Of a stretch of DNA of 64,000 nt, positions 32,111 to 42,997 are shown piece after piece. Source of the stretch: Candidatus Poribacteria bacterium (GTDB lineage Bacteria; Poribacteria; WGA-4E; PCPOR2b); assembly GCA_965198175.1 (NCBI GenBank), contig OZ240245.1:4416001-4480000 (forward strand). The letters are read 5' to 3'. Made by a program: the position numbers and the translations under genes. The stretch's first letter is position 1, and the number at the start of each line of letters is the position of its first letter. Below the pieces are notes generated by a model, which saw only the letters and a list, made by a program, of their open reading frames with translations, searched no databases and was not told where the DNA came from.

Positions 32111-33736
<1,626 letters not shown>

Positions 33737-33815
33737 TTCACAAGCGTGCGGACTCTTGAAACAGCCTATACCCAAGCATGTGAAGAGCCAAAGGTATTTT
33801 GGGAAATGAGGATTT

Positions 33816-35747
33816 GTGAGCGAATTCCCGAACATCGAAACTAATAAGAACCCGGCTTGTATCCCCTTTAGAGTGTTCGTCATTGGGCTTGCTTTGGCTC
33901 TCTTAAACACCTATTGGGTTGCGACTAATGACCTTGTAATAGGTCCGCTGCACAACTATATGTCGCTCTTTAGTAATGCCATTTTTACCTTGTTTGTGCT
34001 GATTCTCCTAAATTTCGTTCTGAAGAAACTCCTACCAAAAACCGCGCTATCTGACTCCGACCTTCTGGTCATTTACGTCATGGTCGTTATGGTGACGACA
34101 GTGTCCGGACACACGAGCATGAACAAGTTGGTCGGTACACTTGCACACCCTTTCTGGTTCGATACAGAGGAGAATGATTGGCGGAATCTGTTCTGGCGGC
34201 ATATCCCCGATTGGTTTGCCATACAAGACAAGAACGTGCTGCGAGGTTTTTTCCTCGGTGAGACTTCCTTCTTCACACAACAGTACGTCAAGGCTTGGAT
34301 TGTCCCAATGCTTTGTTGGTCCGCCTTTATGTTTGTTCTCTACTTCGTCCTCATCTGCATAAACACGATTATCAGGAAACAGTTTACCGACCATGAACGC
34401 CTCACATACCCGATTACGTGGATGCCCTTGGAGATGGGGCGTGACACGACCGCTTTTCTAAAGAGTAAGTTAATGTGGGTGGGATTTGGCATTGCGGCTG
34501 GAATTAGTCTGCTGAATGGTTTGCATGTCTTATATCCCGTTGTCCCTTCTATCCGTGTGGGGTGGCAGTATTTCAATTTTCCAGATAAGCCGTGGAGTTA
34601 CATGCGGGGGACATTAATTTCTTTTCAACCGTTCGTCATCGGATTGTCCTTTTTTATGCCGCTCGACCTCGCCTTTTCCGCTTGGTTCTTCTACCTCTTC
34701 AAAAAAATGACCCTAATTTTGATGGGGGTTGCGGGCTGGCGTAACCTTTACTTTGATGAACAAGCACAAGGTGCGTGGACCGCGTTAGGCATCTTGGCGC
34801 TGTGGATTGGACGAAGACACCTCAAGCAGGTTTTCACACAAGTAGCGACCGGAAAGGCAGGCATAGATGATTCCAGGGAGTCTATGTCTTATCGGGCTGC
34901 GATTTTGGGAATTATAGGCGGCGTGTTGTTTTTCCTTTGGTTTGCTTATAGTGCAGGTTTCTCTTTTTGGGTCATCCTACTCTTTTTGGGGCTATACTGT
35001 TGTGGCGCCATCGGTTTGACCAAGGTCAGAGCTAGTCTTGGTGTGGCTGTTCATGAACTACTCTGGGTGGATCCCGGACGAACAATGGTCACATCTATCG
35101 GAACCAGAGCATACGGTCCCCGAAACTTGACCATCCTCAACTTCTTCTATTGGCTGAATCGAGACCAGCCGGCACACCCGATGCCAAATCAACTCGAAGC
35201 TTTTCGGATTGGTGAACAATCCAACATCAGTAACCGGCAACTGGTATGGGCGATGCTGATCACCCTCGCTGTTAGTATACCTGTGACCTTTCTGATATAT
35301 CTCAACATTGAGTATCGGGAGGGGGCTTCGAGTTCGAGATCTTTCATCCAGTGGGTTGGGGTGGAGAGTTTTGGTCGGCGCCTCCAACCGTGGTTGACTT
35401 TTCCGACAGGTCCTAATTACTTCACAATAGGCGCGATGGGGCTCGGTTTTGGTATCACAACCGTTCTCCTAATCATGAAGATGCGGTTTCTCTGGTGGCC
35501 ATTTCACCCAGTCGGTTATGTGCTTGGCGTGAGTCCGGCGGAGATGGTCTACATTTGGGTGCCGGTGCTTATCAGCTGGTCGTTCAAGATCGCCATCCTC
35601 CGCTATGGGGGTTTGCGGGCTTACCGTAGAGCCATCCCATTCTTTGCCGGATTGATACTGGGCGACTATTCCATGGGCTGCATTTGGAGCATCATCAGTG
35701 CTGTGTTTAACATCTCAACCTATAATATGGCATGGCACGGCCGCTAG
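33816..35747 (+). CDS. Multi-pass membrane protein (DUF6785/DUF6784, OPT-like transporter family)
   Basis: Many TM helices; ERLTYP, WWPFHPVGY, RYGG...Y....PFF.GLILG. Confidence 0.7.
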   Translation: MSEFPNIETNKNPACIPFRVFVIGLALALLNTYWVATNDLVIGPLHNYMSLFSNAIFTLFVLILLNFVLKKLLPKTALSDSDLLVIYVMVVMVTTVSGHTSMNKLVGTLAHPFWFDTEENDWRNLFWRHIPDWFAIQDKNVLRGFFLGETSFFTQQYVKAWIVPMLCWSAFMFVLYFVLICINTIIRKQFTDHERLTYPITWMPLEMGRDTTAFLKSKLMWVGFGIAAGISLLNGLHVLYPVVPSIRVGWQYFNFPDKPWSYMRGTLISFQPFVIGLSFFMPLDLAFSAWFFYLFKKMTLILMGVAGWRNLYFDEQAQGAWTALGILALWIGRRHLKQVFTQVATGKAGIDDSRESMSYRAAILGIIGGVLFFLWFAYSAGFSFWVILLFLGLYCCGAIGLTKVRASLGVAVHELLWVDPGRTMVTSIGTRAYGPRNLTILNFFYWLNRDQPAHPMPNQLEAFRIGEQSNISNRQLVWAMLITLAVSIPVTFLIYLNIEYREGASSSRSFIQWVGVESFGRRLQPWLTFPTGPNYFTIGAMGLGFGITTVLLIMKMRFLWWPFHPVGYVLGVSPAEMVYIWVPVLISWSFKIAILRYGGLRAYRRAIPFFAGLILGDYSMGCIWSIISAVFNISTYNMAWHGR

Positions 35748-35843
35748 GCGTCTGTCCGGAAGCGATATAGTGCGAATTTTTCAACCTTTAATCCAGTAAG
35801 ACTAAAGAGGCACCAACAAATTAAAAGCCGGAGCTAAGATATT

Positions 35844-36608
35844 ATGAGACTAGAAAACAAAGTTGCTATTGTCACCGGAGCAGCTCAGGGTATGGGCTTC
35901 GCAACAGCAAAGCTATTCACGCAACAGGGAGCCAAGGTTGCAATGATAGACGTGAACACGGATGGGCTCTTGCAGGCAGCTCACGCGGTTGAACCCCTGG
36001 GCAAAAAGCCTCTTACTCTCGACATTGACATCAGTGATTCTACAGCGGTAAGACAAGCTGTCCAAAAGGTTTATAACGCTTGGGAACGAGTAGACGTGTT
36101 GGTGAACAACGCAGCAATCCAGTCGCCAGGAGGAAATTTCGTTAACGCGACCGACGAGGTCTGGGATCGCTATTTGGCAGTCAACGTCAAAAGCGCTGGG
36201 TTTCTGGTCAGAGAAGTTATTCCCTTAATGCAGCAGCAGAAAGGCGGAAGCATCATCAACATCGGGTCGATTTCTGCGTTGGTTGTTTTCCCCGGACAGG
36301 CAGTATATGCCACGACCAAAGGGGCTATTCTGCAGTTGACCCGCGCCATCGCAGTAGACTTCGGCAAAGATGGGATTCGAGCGAACTGTATCTGTCCCGG
36401 CCCAACCCTTTCTGGCCCTTTAGCAGGTGGGATTTCGGAAGATGGAACGTTGAATCCGGAGTTAGAAGATTTGGCGAACATGCATCCACTTCAACGTCTC
36501 GCTCAACCTGAAGATATTGCTTATTCCTCTCTGTTTTTGGCTTCAGATGAGTCTCGGCATGTCACTGGAGTTGTGCTACCAGTGGACGGCGGCTTTACAG
36601 CCAGATAG
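35844..36608 (+). CDS. SDR-family oxidoreductase
   Basis: TGAAQGMG, NNAA, YATTK, PG, DGG. Confidence 0.93.
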   Translation: MRLENKVAIVTGAAQGMGFATAKLFTQQGAKVAMIDVNTDGLLQAAHAVEPLGKKPLTLDIDISDSTAVRQAVQKVYNAWERVDVLVNNAAIQSPGGNFVNATDEVWDRYLAVNVKSAGFLVREVIPLMQQQKGGSIINIGSISALVVFPGQAVYATTKGAILQLTRAIAVDFGKDGIRANCICPGPTLSGPLAGGISEDGTLNPELEDLANMHPLQRLAQPEDIAYSSLFLASDESRHVTGVVLPVDGGFTAR

Positions 36609-36630
36609 CAAAAAATCAGTCCGCTTAGAT

Positions 36631-36750
36631 AGTTTTTGTAGGTTGGGTTTCGCTACCCTCAAAGAAATCTTGAACGCAATAATCAAACCAAATTCATGCG
36701 TCACAATTCACATGTTTCGTCGAATTCGCTCAACCCAACCTACAAAAACT
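36631..36750 (-). repeat. Minimal REP-like element E9 (120 bp, 70-nt loop)
   Basis: AGTTTTTGTAGGTTGGGTT...AACCCAACCTACAAAAACT; loop at 36657-36726. Confidence 0.9.
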
Positions 36751-36897
36751 ATTTTGAGATGTTCCGGGACGCAGGAGACGGGCGCTCATTGGAATCGCTA
36801 GGTAACCAAAAGGTAACCGAAAAAAAATATTCGTTTCGACGATCAAGATCTGGTCGGCGCAATATCGATGGGCCGAGCGCGTTGCTGCATTCGATGC

Positions 36898-37017
36898 AGT
36901 TCTTGTCGGTTTGGTAGAGCGGGTAATTCCAAAACCGTTCCAACCGCATTAACCGTTCAGGACACTTTACATTGCACTTTGTGAATTACATGTAGCGAAA
37001 CCAAACCTACAAGAGCT
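36898..37017 (+). repeat. Minimal REP-like element E10 (120 bp, 70-nt loop)
   Basis: Degenerate arms; loop at 36922-36991 aligns without gaps to 7651-7720 and 11177-11246. Confidence 0.85.
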
Positions 37018-37162
37018 GCTGGCGATGGATTCCACAGAATTACGCCAACCGATCGAGAGGCAGACAGACGTATGCAAAGCGGAGAGGCTTACCTTGTTGT
37101 CTGTACCACGAAAAGCAGCATAACACGTTAAAGGGTTGATGTGGTAAAATAAGGAGGTCGTA

Positions 37163-37660
37163 ATGAAACGCCATATCCTAATTTGGACAGTTGTAATAGT
37201 CTTGGGTTGCGGTCATTAACACCCATTAACCGAACACAAACATGAACATGAGCACGATGAAATACCTCGTGAGTTTGTTGAGCATGTGCATGAATTTGTT
37301 CCCGAGGAACCGCTCGACCTTAAAGATGTGGAAGCCTTGTATGATGAACTGTCTGGGAATTATGTGCTTTTGTGGATGAGATACGTTGATGATGGTGTTG
37401 TCTTAGTAAGAGTGCCGGCAATGGCAAGTGGGGAAATGTTAATTGAGCGAAAAAGCATGACGTATAGCATAGATATTAAAGGTTCTTTCTCCATTGCCAA
37501 TCAACATAATTTCAGCATTGACGATGAAGATGACATAATGCGGTTTAGTGAAATGGGCGTTGTTACGAAGGCTATAAAGTATCAATGGGATGGGCGCCGG
37601 CTTTTGGTTTCTTATGGCGCCGCTTTACTACGTGATGTGCTGTGGCTAAAATTAGATTAG
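37163..37660 (+). pseudogene. His-rich lipoprotein with a premature stop
   Basis: AAGGAGG RBS, MKRHILIWTVVIVLGC lipobox, TAA at 37217-37219, then in frame HPLTEHKHEHEHDE and the 37286 ORF. Confidence 0.7.
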
Positions 37661-38024
37661 TCTTTGTAGGTTGGGTTGAGCGGTGATGGTGAACCAGACG
37701 AAGTATTCCGCAAGGGATTCATATGTTGAGATTGTTTGATAATTGTTTATGATGAAGCGAAACCCAACGCATTTGAAACGTCCGGGCAACAAATCGGTTA
37801 ATTCCAACAGCACAACGATTGAATCAATAAAAAGCAGCAAAGGGCAAGGGAGTGGTTTGGTGTTCGGTACGCCCCAATCCATGCGACGCTTTTTTGTTGT
37901 CCGGAGGTTTTAAAAGCGTTGGGTTTCACTCCATCGAACAAATCTCGAACGCAATTAACCAACAAACCGATTCGTCATAATCCACATGTTTCACCATACC
38001 CGCTCAACCCAACCTACAGGAACT
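37659..38024. repeat. REP-like doublet element E11 (366 bp)
   Basis: Two facing loop-REPs (71- and 68-nt loops) plus an internal IR of about 32 bp; overlaps the zorE 3' end. Confidence 0.9.
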
Positions 38025-38810
38025 CCGCATGTGTTCATGTTGAGGCTCTTGAGCATGACATGTGTTGCACAGAACCCGTAGGTTTGCGTCTGTGTTGTCG
38101 TAGAGTATCCCATTAACGTGGTGGACGTGTAGGAGCTGCTGCCTATCTGGAGTACCGTAATCACCCCCGCATCTTTCACATCTCCAATTGTTCCTTTCAC
38201 GAAGATGGAGAGAGATTTGAGGCCAGTCACTTGTATAATCATTTAGCGGCGCTGTAGTATCGTTATAGGTTGGATTCGGCGTTATCTGAGAATTGTACTC
38301 CAAAAAAAACTCGTGCAACCCAAACGAATCTCTAATTTCGCACCGCTCTGCATATCTGGATTCTTTGTAATCTTTATAGTTCAGTTTCTCTAGACAATAC
38401 ATACAAACATCCAAGCTATGTTCGGCGCCCTTCTCAATTCGGCCATCTCCATACCTGGTGTTAACGGTGAACATTCCATCTGTCCGAGTTGCTACAACAT
38501 ACCTGTCATAACGCTTCTTATCCCTCATTTCCATCAGCTTGCTGCAGTTAGCTACGTGAAATTTATATGGCTGAAAGCGTTCAATTTGGTCTCGAATGTA
38601 CACAACAACTTTTCGTCCTTTGTATTCGAGCGTGCCGTCATCAGGATATTCTAGGTCATCCGACGAGATATCCAAGCCAGTGGTTCGCAGCATCTCGTCA
38701 GCATTTAGGACGTGCAATTCTGTTCCTGAATTCCATGGATTCAGATCAGCCCCCATTCGTTCACGCAATCGGTTTAATCCATCATGCTGAAAAAAGTCTG
38801 GTAGTTTCAT
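38004..38810 (-). CDS. zorE: Zorya type II HNH endonuclease
   Basis: C-terminal CERC...LHVHH.NG...DN...NLRVLC..CH HNH motif, KFHVANC; ATGA overlap with zorB. Confidence 0.88.
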   Translation of the reverse strand: MKLPDFFQHDGLNRLRERMGADLNPWNSGTELHVLNADEMLRTTGLDISSDDLEYPDDGTLEYKGRKVVVYIRDQIERFQPYKFHVANCSKLMEMRDKKRYDRYVVATRTDGMFTVNTRYGDGRIEKGAEHSLDVCMYCLEKLNYKDYKESRYAERCEIRDSFGLHEFFLEYNSQITPNPTYNDTTAPLNDYTSDWPQISLHLRERNNWRCERCGGDYGTPDRQQLLHVHHVNGILYDNTDANLRVLCNTCHAQEPQHEHMRSSCRLG

Positions 38811-39589
38811 TCTAGCTCTACTCGTTTTATGATTTCCATTATCCGTTTTTCGGCGTTGGTCAGCACGCGAAACTCTACCCGCCGGGACTCTTCCGGGTTT
38901 TCCGTGCCATCTGAATTATCAATCAGTTTGCTTGAAGATAGACCGTTGGCTGTGAGATGATATTTGATCCACTCTCTGTTTTCAATAATCTCCGGTTTGC
39001 TAATCTGAAGTACAATTTCGAGGACGTTTCTTGTCCGATCCTGCGAAAGCTCCATGTTATTGATGTAGGCTTCGCTTGGGGTGACATCCTCATTCCATTC
39101 GCTTGAAGTGTGTCCTTCAATGCGAAGTTCAGCGATGTCGTTCTTATATTTGTATTCGCCTGAGTCGTTTTTGGTTTCGGTCAGAATTTTGACGTAGCGC
39201 GGAAAAAACTCATACAATATCCTCCTGAACTCTGGGCTTACTTCCGCGCCTCCTTGCGGAAACAGCACGTCAGTTTTTTCGAAGCGAATCGAAAGCGTAT
39301 CCCCATTCACGACGGCGTTCCAGCCATCAAAGTCCTCGCTAAATTCCTTTTGAAGGTCCTCGTACAAATCCGCCTGCGACTTCCGATAAGTCTCCACAAT
39401 TTCTTCAATCCATACAAGAGTTTCTTCAATACTCTCTTTTTCCGTACTGACATGCAGCATGTAGCTAATGGCAATGAATAGAAATATTACCATCAGTCCA
39501 GCCATCATGTCAGATATCGAGATCCAGTGTTCTTCTGTATCTTGCGCTTTGCCCTTTTGAAGGGTATGGCGTTTCATTGCCTGCTCCAT
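38807..39589 (-). CDS. zorB: Zorya ZorB (MotB/OmpA-like)
   Basis: WISISDMMAGLMVIFLFIAI TM with conserved Asp; IEGHTSSEW, NMELSQ.R, SRRVEF. Confidence 0.92.
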   Translation of the reverse strand: MEQAMKRHTLQKGKAQDTEEHWISISDMMAGLMVIFLFIAISYMLHVSTEKESIEETLVWIEEIVETYRKSQADLYEDLQKEFSEDFDGWNAVVNGDTLSIRFEKTDVLFPQGGAEVSPEFRRILYEFFPRYVKILTETKNDSGEYKYKNDIAELRIEGHTSSEWNEDVTPSEAYINNMELSQDRTRNVLEIVLQISKPEIIENREWIKYHLTANGLSSSKLIDNSDGTENPEESRRVEFRVLTNAEKRIMEIIKRVELE

Positions 39590-39600
39590 GTGTACTGGCG

Positions 39601-41457
39601 TTAGTTAGCCCTTCCTGGTGAATTGCGTGCTATGTTGAGCACATCATTTAGGCGGTCCGTTAACGGCATGTAGTCTTGAACAAATCGATTGGATAGGCTC
39701 GTTAATTGGCTACCGAGTGATTCCAATGCTTGTGTGAGTTCTTTTTGGAGGGCGGTATCAAGGAGTTGAATTTGGCGCGCCATTCGGTCCATATTCTCTC
39801 GAAAAATCCGATCGTTTTCATTACTGGCGGTACTGAGTTGGCTTGCGTGATTCTGCAAGGTAGTTTCCAATCTGCCGTTGGTTTCTTCTAAAGTTTTTTC
39901 GAGTTTTTCTGACGTGTTCCGGATGACGGTCTCGACCTGATTGGTGAAACCCGCTAAGGCGTCTCTTTGCCTCTGCATATCATTCTGCGAGTTGGCAAGC
40001 GTTTCTTTAACGACTGTTGAAAATTCATCGCCAATTGATTTGATGTGCGAGCTTGTGTTTTCTACCGCCGTCTCAAGCTGTGTTGATTGCGTTTGGAGTG
40101 TATGCGCTAACCCCTGGTTCGTGTCAATTATTGTAGCTTCGAGCTGTTTTGCTTGGTTTTCTAACGCGCTCTTGAATCCTTGAAATGTATCATTGATAAT
40201 CTGTTCAACATGCGCCGTGGTACGCTCAAAGACAGTTTCAGTTTGCTGTTTAATTCGATTGCCTGTATCTTCTACCGTTGTCTCAAGTTGTCTAGATTGG
40301 TCGGCTAAAGCTTCTCGTTGGTTCTGCATCGAAGCGTGCGAATTATCAATGGTTTCTTGCACCACATGTGTAAAGCCATTCGTTAATTCGTCGAGACGCT
40401 TTTCAATAATCGGAAAAGCATCACGTGCATTCCCAGCCAGTGCGCTAAATGCTTCCAAGTGTGTTTCCAACTGTCCTATTTGCTGCTGCAGCGCTTGAAG
40501 TATGGGACCAAGTTGCTCTGCACTTGAGACTATTGTTTCGCTCCGCTCTGCGATAACGTCCAGCGATTGGCGAGATATCTCTATGCTTTCTGCAGCGATC
40601 CTGAACTCCGCCGCCAGTTCGTTCATCTGTTGCCGGTACTGTTCTTGCCAGTCGTTGATTCTGCCAACAGCTTCATTCAATTGCTTGAAATTATCTCCAA
40701 ATTGTTCAGTGATTTTCAGGTTGAAGTCCTTGATTACGTTCTCAAGCGCCTCCATTAACGCTTTAGTATTATTCTCCGCCATTTCTTGTGCGAACTCGCT
40801 AAAAGCCTGAATCAAACTGTCCTGCTTATCAGAAAAAGTCCGAATTAGGTCGTCCTGCTTATCGGAGAAGGATGTTCGCAGCTTTTGTAGCTGGGTCAAC
40901 ACGGTGCTATCGCCCTCTCCCGTTAGCGATTTCTCAATGGATTGGAGAGCTTCTTTGGTTTCTTTTCCCTCCTGTCTCTCAACGATGAGGATTTCGCGTA
41001 ACAATTCCCCAAGGTCATCAAACCTTCCCGTTAACGATGCCTCAATAGATCGGAGAGTTTCATTGGTTGCATTTCCCTCCTGTTTCTCAACGGTTAAGAT
41101 GTCGTTCAACAATTCCGCAAGGTCATCAACTGTTGCGCCGGTGTAGGTCTCTGCTGCTGAGCTCTGTTTTCGCTGCTTGTTTAGCATTGCCAGTTTGAGT
41201 AGAATTGAACCAAGAATGCCCAATATGGAAGTTACAAACGCAAATTTCAATCCTTCGAGTAGCTTCGGGACACTGGATTCGATATTAGTTGTGTCGAAGG
41301 AATATAGTCCCCACCCGATACCGGCAAAAGTTCCAAGCACACCGGTGACGGTCATAATTGACGCGATTGCGTTTACTTGTTGATCTAGAATTTTCCTAAA
41401 CCAAATAACTGCTAAAATCATGAGACCTATGAAACCACCGATATAGTAAAACTCCAT
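39601..41457 (-). CDS. zorA: Zorya ZorA (MotA-like TM domain plus long helical tail)
   Basis: GVLGTF.GI..GL..FD...I..S...LLEGLK.AF.TS..G; EQFGDNFKQLN; coiled-coil tail of about 500 aa. Confidence 0.92.
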   Translation of the reverse strand: MEFYYIGGFIGLMILAVIWFRKILDQQVNAIASIMTVTGVLGTFAGIGWGLYSFDTTNIESSVPKLLEGLKFAFVTSILGILGSILLKLAMLNKQRKQSSAAETYTGATVDDLAELLNDILTVEKQEGNATNETLRSIEASLTGRFDDLGELLREILIVERQEGKETKEALQSIEKSLTGEGDSTVLTQLQKLRTSFSDKQDDLIRTFSDKQDSLIQAFSEFAQEMAENNTKALMEALENVIKDFNLKITEQFGDNFKQLNEAVGRINDWQEQYRQQMNELAAEFRIAAESIEISRQSLDVIAERSETIVSSAEQLGPILQALQQQIGQLETHLEAFSALAGNARDAFPIIEKRLDELTNGFTHVVQETIDNSHASMQNQREALADQSRQLETTVEDTGNRIKQQTETVFERTTAHVEQIINDTFQGFKSALENQAKQLEATIIDTNQGLAHTLQTQSTQLETAVENTSSHIKSIGDEFSTVVKETLANSQNDMQRQRDALAGFTNQVETVIRNTSEKLEKTLEETNGRLETTLQNHASQLSTASNENDRIFRENMDRMARQIQLLDTALQKELTQALESLGSQLTSLSNRFVQDYMPLTDRLNDVLNIARNSPGRAN

Positions 41458-41610
41458 ACTGATTATTTCCTCCGTTTAGATTTATGATATGCGTTTCGTC
41501 TTTTCGTGTAACGTAACAGACTAAACTGCAAAAACGCCGAAATATCAACAATACTGTTGCGCGGAAAGATAGAGTGAAACCTAATACCCAATGTAGTGAT
41601 AACTTGTTAA

Positions 41611-41714
41611 AGCTGGGTTGCACTGCCTGGGAGACTCCAATGAGTAACGATCGACGCAATCCAAGCGGAATGGTCGGTCTGTTGAAGGGTAAAGTTCAAC
41701 ACAACCTACGAACT
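41611..41714 (-). repeat. Degenerate REP-like element E12
   Basis: Reverse GTAGGTTGTGTTGAAC...GTGCAACCCAGC with a loop of about 66 nt. Confidence 0.55.
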
Positions 41715-41723
41715 TTTAATGTA

Positions 41724-42113
41724 TTAGAAATGGATTAAGCGATAGATCCAGAGTCCTAGAACGAGAGCGATTCCGATCCACGCAAACCAGTTTCGGATGG
41801 ACGGGGAGAGTGTTAGCCAAGCGTTTCGAAGGCGGGCCGGAGCACATGAGACACCAAGCGCTAACGGAACAACAAAAAACACAAACGGATGGTAGTTCCA
41901 AGCTGCGGCAAATTCACCTTGCGCAAGAGAGACACAGGCACGGGTCATTCCACAGCCGGGACACGATATATCTGTAATGAGGCGAAACAGACACGGAATG
42001 AGTGTCATCTTGTTGGGCAATATGCCCGACCAAGCTGTGTACATACCGACGAGGGCAAGTCCAATCAGGAAAACTCGTGCGAGATGTATGTGATTAAACG
42101 TCGTCACGCGCAT
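41724..42113 (-). CDS. DUF2752-family membrane protein
   Basis: CLFRLITDISCPGCGMTRA...A...HP motif. Confidence 0.85.
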   Translation of the reverse strand: MRVTTFNHIHLARVFLIGLALVGMYTAWSGILPNKMTLIPCLFRLITDISCPGCGMTRACVSLAQGEFAAAWNYHPFVFFVVPLALGVSCAPARLRNAWLTLSPSIRNWFAWIGIALVLGLWIYRLIHF

Positions 42114-42477
42114 TGTAGAATTTGTTGATTTCCCACTGCTGAATTGCGAGAGATGCGATGCCGACGCCAAAAATTGCGATTATGACACAGGTCACCGGTA
42201 AGTAGTTGCTCACAAGCAAACCGCTGTTAGCCTGAACTTCATTGATTCCCGCCGCCATTTTGTATTCGTAGTAAATACCAAAGATACCGCACGTCAAGAT
42301 GCTGAGGAAAAACCAAAGCCAAAATCGGTAATCGGTCCGCCCTAACCATGCGTTGAGTGTTACCATCTGTTTGTACTGCCAATACAGGGAGTAAATCCCG
42401 CAAGTTAGGAGGCTGAAAATGATTCCGAGCACAATACTTCTCACACCGTCAGCCATTGGATACGGGTAATTCTGCAT
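42094..42477 (-). CDS. DUF4234-family membrane protein
   Basis: Repeated LT(C)GI(Y/F)..Y motif, Q..IN tail; AAGGAG RBS. Confidence 0.8.
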   Translation of the reverse strand: MQNYPYPMADGVRSIVLGIIFSLLTCGIYSLYWQYKQMVTLNAWLGRTDYRFWLWFFLSILTCGIFGIYYEYKMAAGINEVQANSGLLVSNYLPVTCVIIAIFGVGIASLAIQQWEINKFYNARDDV

Positions 42478-42668
42478 GATAAATCTCCTTCTATCTTCTA
42501 CACAAATTTGTCAACAGCAGAATGCGAACGCTTGTCAGTCTCCAATTTTATGTGGATGTCCGGAGGATGTCAACCTATTTTTGGCTTAATCCTTGATTCT
42601 TAATTCGCAACTGCGATATGATCGTGAATCAATCCGAACTAAGAGGGAACTTGTTCATTAGCGTAGGG

Positions 42669-42861
42669 ATGTAGGTTGGGTTTGACGGCAAAAAGACTTC
42701 CCTATCAAGGAAAACGACAGTGTTGATTGTTAGCGAGCCTGCTGAATAGGTAGTTACAGTGTAAGTCAACACACCATATCGCGTTAATTATAAAAGCGTT
42801 GGGTACCGGAAAAATCCATCGCCTTCGCCATTCGCTCAGTTGATCTCAACCCAACCTACAT
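42669..42861. repeat. REP-like mosaic element E13
   Basis: ATGTAGGTTGGGTT / AACCCAACCTACAT IR; internal AAAAGCGTTGGG and CTCAGTTGATC modules. Confidence 0.8.
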
Positions 42862-42916
42862 TACACTGTCAAAGGGCGGTGGAGACCGCATCATTTCTCG
42901 GCGTCTTGAGTTTCTG

Positions 42917-42945
42917 TTGACGGGAAAGGGATATTTTGCTATACT
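42917..42945 (+). promoter_or_regulatory. sigma70 promoter of cinA
   Basis: TTGACG-17 nt-TATACT with extended TG. Confidence 0.65.
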
Positions 42946-42997
42946 TCACCATCTTAACGACGCATGGAAAAACACTGTAAGATTGTAGAGGTATCGC

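Noticed and set aside
37762..37924. Integron attC sites (ACCCAAC...GTTGGGT fits RYYYAAC...GTTRRRY)
   Set aside because: Arms pair without the extrahelical L-box base, sizes (44 and 163 bp) are atypical, flanking genes are not co-oriented, and there is no intI.
38807..41457. Flagellar motAB or exbBD
   Set aside because: The long helical tail, EGHTSSEW motif and coupled HNH gene indicate Zorya.
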